DNA of 64,000 nt from Podospora anserina (Eukaryota): the NCBI GenBank assembly GCA_017654855.1, contig CM030338.1:3348001-3412000 (forward strand). Reading direction: 5' to 3'. The first letter of the stretch is position 1. Each line of letters starts with the position of its first letter. A program made the translations under genes and the position numbers. Shown piece by piece: positions 60,413 through 64,000 of this stretch. A model generated the notes under the pieces. The model did not search any database and had not been told where the DNA came from. It saw nothing but the letters and a program-made list of their open reading frames with translations.

Positions 60413-63007
60413 ATGCCGGCGACAATCGTTGACAGCCATAGCATACCGGCTGTCGCCAAAGCTGGCGAATTTCTTCGCCAGCTTTTAGAACATGCCGAAA
60501 CCGTCAAGCGAACTTCGTCAATAGAACCACCACTTATCGAATCCCACTTTGATGATCTTCGCGGTCGAATGAACAGCGTATACGATGAGGAGCCTATGGA
60601 CGATTCGAGCGAGGCGAAGACGGCGCGTTTCGCCATCATCGAGACCGCTGTGCGCGATACATTCAAATATTTGGTGGTGAGTCGGACGATACACACTTGA
60701 GTTCTCGAATGTATGCTCACACCATGTAGTCAAGAGCATCGATCGATTCACCCGAGTTCGTCAAAGTTTGGAACCTCTTCGACATCCTCTCTATCCTCTC
60801 CGACAGTGAGCTTTGCGACCCTGCCCTTCTGCTGTGGCTTGTGGAGGAATTACTCGATAGCCAGACAGTGGCCGGTTGCCGTAAGGTCTTTGACTTCCTC
60901 GAGTCGCGCCGCGAAAGGATCACAGCGAAGCACTTTAAGCAAAAACAGCTCGTCATTCTTCGAACCTGCAATGAGCTCTTACGGCGTCTGTCCAGGGCTC
61001 TGGACCCAGCATTCTCTGGTCGAGTCTTGATCTTCATGTTCCAAAGTTTTCCCCTGGGGGATAAAAGCTCGGTCAACTTGCGGGGAGAGTTCCATATTGA
61101 GAACGTCACCACTTTCGACCAGATCCCGGCAAAGACCGACGGGGATGAGGACAAGATGGATGTGGACACGGATGTCGGCACAACTGGTGACGGTTCACGG
61201 AGAGGCAGGTCCAACGATGTCGACACAAAAAAGAAGGCGCTGGACCCAGATGCTCTGTATCCAATTTTCTGGGGGTTGCAGGAGTTTTTCAACCAGCCAA
61301 AGCTCCTTTTCGAGGCCAGTCATTTTGCCTCGTTCAAGTCCGGGCTCGAGGCCACCATGGCTACCTTTTTGAGCATGAAATTTGAACAGCCACCCCGCGT
61401 CAAGGAAAGGCCAGACAGGCCAGTCGAGGAGCCGAAACACGCCCTCAAGCGAAAGCGAGAAGAGAGCAACGATGCTCTCTCTAGCGGCTTCAACCCCAAA
61501 TACCTTACCAGCAGGGATTTGTTCAAGCTTGAGATCAGTGATCTGACATTCCGGCGGAATATTTTGATCCAGGCACTCATCATCATGGAGTTTCTGCTTG
61601 CTCTTTCACCAAAAGCAAAAGAGAAGCTGGCCACCGTAAAGGTGCCAAACAAGTCTGTCACTTACTCGGAAAAGACACTGAGTGAAGAAGACATCAAATG
61701 GGTTGTGGAGACGAAGGAGTCCATCAAATCATACCTCAAACTCGGCCCAGAAGGACCACACTTTTGTCGACTTGTCGAAACGGTACTTTCAAGAGATAAG
61801 AACTGGGTGCGGTGGAAAGTCGAGAATTGTCCTCCGATCGAGCTGCCGCAACTGTCGCCAGACGTCTTTGTCGAAGCCAGAACCAACGCCGGAAAACTCG
61901 CGACTACCAAGCGGCTACGACCTACCCCTATGGGCTCTCTCAATCTAGACTTCCTCGAGGATGATGACGAGGAAAGAGCTCTGAAGAAGCTCAAGGACTG
62001 CCACCGCTACAAAGTTCCTAGTCTCGACAGCTACAAAAAAGGAATAGCCGATGATGACTTCGAAATCGGAATGCCAACAAACAACGATTCCAAGACGGCA
62101 GCTATTGAAGGCAAGGCCAGTAAGGCTTGGCGGGCGCTGAGAATTGCGAGCAAGAGCAAGCTGGTTCTCTTTGACAAGATCGAAGATGACGACAAGATTG
62201 ATGTCATCTTTGAAGAGCTACCTGCTGAGAAAGACGAGGATGATCAAGAAATCACGAATGGCGAAACCGCCTTCCCCGAGGATAGGAGGCCAATTGTGGT
62301 TGTGGACGCTGGTAAACATTCTCGGGCTGCTACAGGTCTTGCAAAGCAGCTCTATGCGCATCATCCGAAAACGTTTACCAAGGTGGCCGTCCATGTAACA
62401 CGCAAACCGGCAGAGGGCGAAGTAAACGGGAAGGACTTTCATTTTGTTGATACCCAGGCTTTCAACATGATGCGGGACGGAGATCAGTTTCTCGAGTTCA
62501 GCGAGGAGGGTGATGACACTCACGGCACAAGTAGGAAGGTGGTGGATGCCATCGTCGACAACGATAGGGTTGCCGTGATGGAGATGACTTTTGAGGTAAG
62601 CTTCCAGCATGTCCTGAACACATGTTGCTGGCATGTGTACTAACATTTCATTACAGGCTGCGCAGCAGGTCAAGGACAATGGCTATGATGCCAGATTCAT
62701 CTTCATCCAAGCTCCTGCTCCCGAGGTATGGGAGGGCCAACTCAAGGAGAACGGCCTGTCTGAAGAACAAGTGCAGCAAGCAATCAAGGCGGCTACAGAG
62801 GCGGCAGAACACGCCAAGTCGTCGCCAGGGTTTTACGAAGCGGTGGTGGATGCAGAGTATCAGGCCTTGGAGACGACGATTTTTGGCGCGGAGATTGGGG
62901 CAGATAGTATGGAGGCTGGGGCCCCGGTCGTGACAGACGAAGGCGATGGGAAGAAGGAGGAGGGTGATGGCGATGTTGCCATGGATGATGCGGTGCCCTC
63001 GTCGTAA
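60413..63007 (+). CDS. HPR1: THO complex subunit Hpr1/THOC1 with a C-terminal guanylate-kinase-like domain
   Basis: Exons 60413-60676, 60730-62595, 62657-63007. THOC1 motifs LRTCNELLRRLS, FPLGDKSSVNLRG, FNPKYLTS, RDKNWVRWKVENCP, AWRALR. GK motifs TRKPAEGEVNGKDFHFV and RFIFIQAP. Confidence 0.92.
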
Positions 63008-63866
63008 TTTTATCGCATCTAGCCGGTGTGGCTGCCTTGTCTTGTTACTAGCTGTCAAATGAATGATACCCCATAGCAACTATTACTTGTTTACTTCTGG
63101 ACTCTCGGGTACCGGTGCCGCGGTGTTCAACCATCATCGCCCTTACCATCTGGACGGTGCATAGATACAGGCCTTGAGGGATGATAAACAGACCTATCGA
63201 CCATCTTGAGACCCGGCCGACAATTCTGAGTCCAATGATTCTTGTTCAACCACTCTCGCTATTTTGAAGGCCGATTGACTGTCTTTTGGGTCTCGTCGAC
63301 GACATGCAGGGTTGTGGTGCTCCTGCTGGTTGCTGTTTGGGGTCGGTGATGCTGATATGGTTGGAAGGCTCCACCATCGGGGACCGCGATCGCTAGGTGG
63401 TCATCATTTGATCCAGACTTCAACGCCAACGATCTTCTCTTACCTTTGCTGATCAATTCTAATCGTCACTCGCTCACTAACCCTGGGCGGCATCTCTTTC
63501 TTTTCTCAAACGTTGCACCCCGAGCCTTCCATTCATTCTTCAACCCAGTCTCCATCGCTATCGAGAGCACACAGCCGCACGATGGAACATCTTGTGCAAA
63601 TCCTATAGCCAAGTTGCATACTCCACGACAGGACAACCATCAATTCTGGATTCCAAAATCCAACAAAATTCCAAAGCAATCAGGACCTTCTCAGAATTTG
63701 ATCTGTCAATCTTCTTCGACATAAGCGGCTCAATTGGACAAGTTATCTTGTCACCCACGTGACACCACCGACCGCTCGTGGAACTTGTGTGAACGGCTTT
63801 CTGGTACGTGAGCAGTGATGATGATTATCATGTCAACGTTCACTCGCTAATCATCCGGGTAGGTAA

Positions 63867-64000
63867 ATGGCCGATCACGACCCCGTCTGGAAGCCCAAGG
63901 AGCTTCTCGCATGCCCTTCATGTTCAAACCTCCTACGCGAGCCGACAATCTTCCCATGCGGAACCTCATTATGCAAGACTTGCCTACCGGAACCGCTTGA
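63867..64000 (+). CDS. N-terminal RING-finger protein (LON/RING-like), partial
   Basis: MADHDPVWKPKELLACPSCSNLLREPTIFPCGTSLCKTCLP; runs off the window end. Confidence 0.7.
   Translation, partial: MADHDPVWKPKELLACPSCSNLLREPTIFPCGTSLCKTCLPEPL

Overview
Eukaryotic DNA from an intron-containing filamentous ascomycete. Short GT-AG introns with CTAAC/CTGAC branch points, gene content and strong C/G-run codon bias fit a Sordariales genome such as Podospora; that assignment is inference. The window is gene-dense and mostly housekeeping. From left to right it holds: PUB1-type RRM protein (partial), possible Mediator Med2-like protein, GH5 hydrolase, tandem-PH protein, APH/PsiK-like kinase, Fig1-like membrane protein, CTU2/NCS2, OAC1, SWD2, SRP21, RNR2, DUF4112 protein, DCP2, SDR, RRM protein, secreted/anchored protein, CDK11-like kinase, an orphan, tRNA-Val(CAC), coronin, a zeta-toxin-family protein, eIF4G, two identical inverted tRNA-Trp genes, Aquarius helicase, an HPR1/THOC1-guanylate-kinase fusion and a RING protein (partial). 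Most notable: (1) an intronless bacterial-type zeta/PezT toxin homolog with no visible antitoxin; (2) THOC1 fused to a guanylate-kinase-like domain with a degenerate P-loop; (3) two stop-free in-frame introns in eIF4G, one of 393 nt; (4) MCB elements clustered inside the RNR2 introns; (5) a recurrent C-rich-5'/G-rich-3' polarity within many genes. No transposon, rRNA or CRISPR was recognised. Exon boundaries and family assignments were made by eye from remembered motifs, without any database search.
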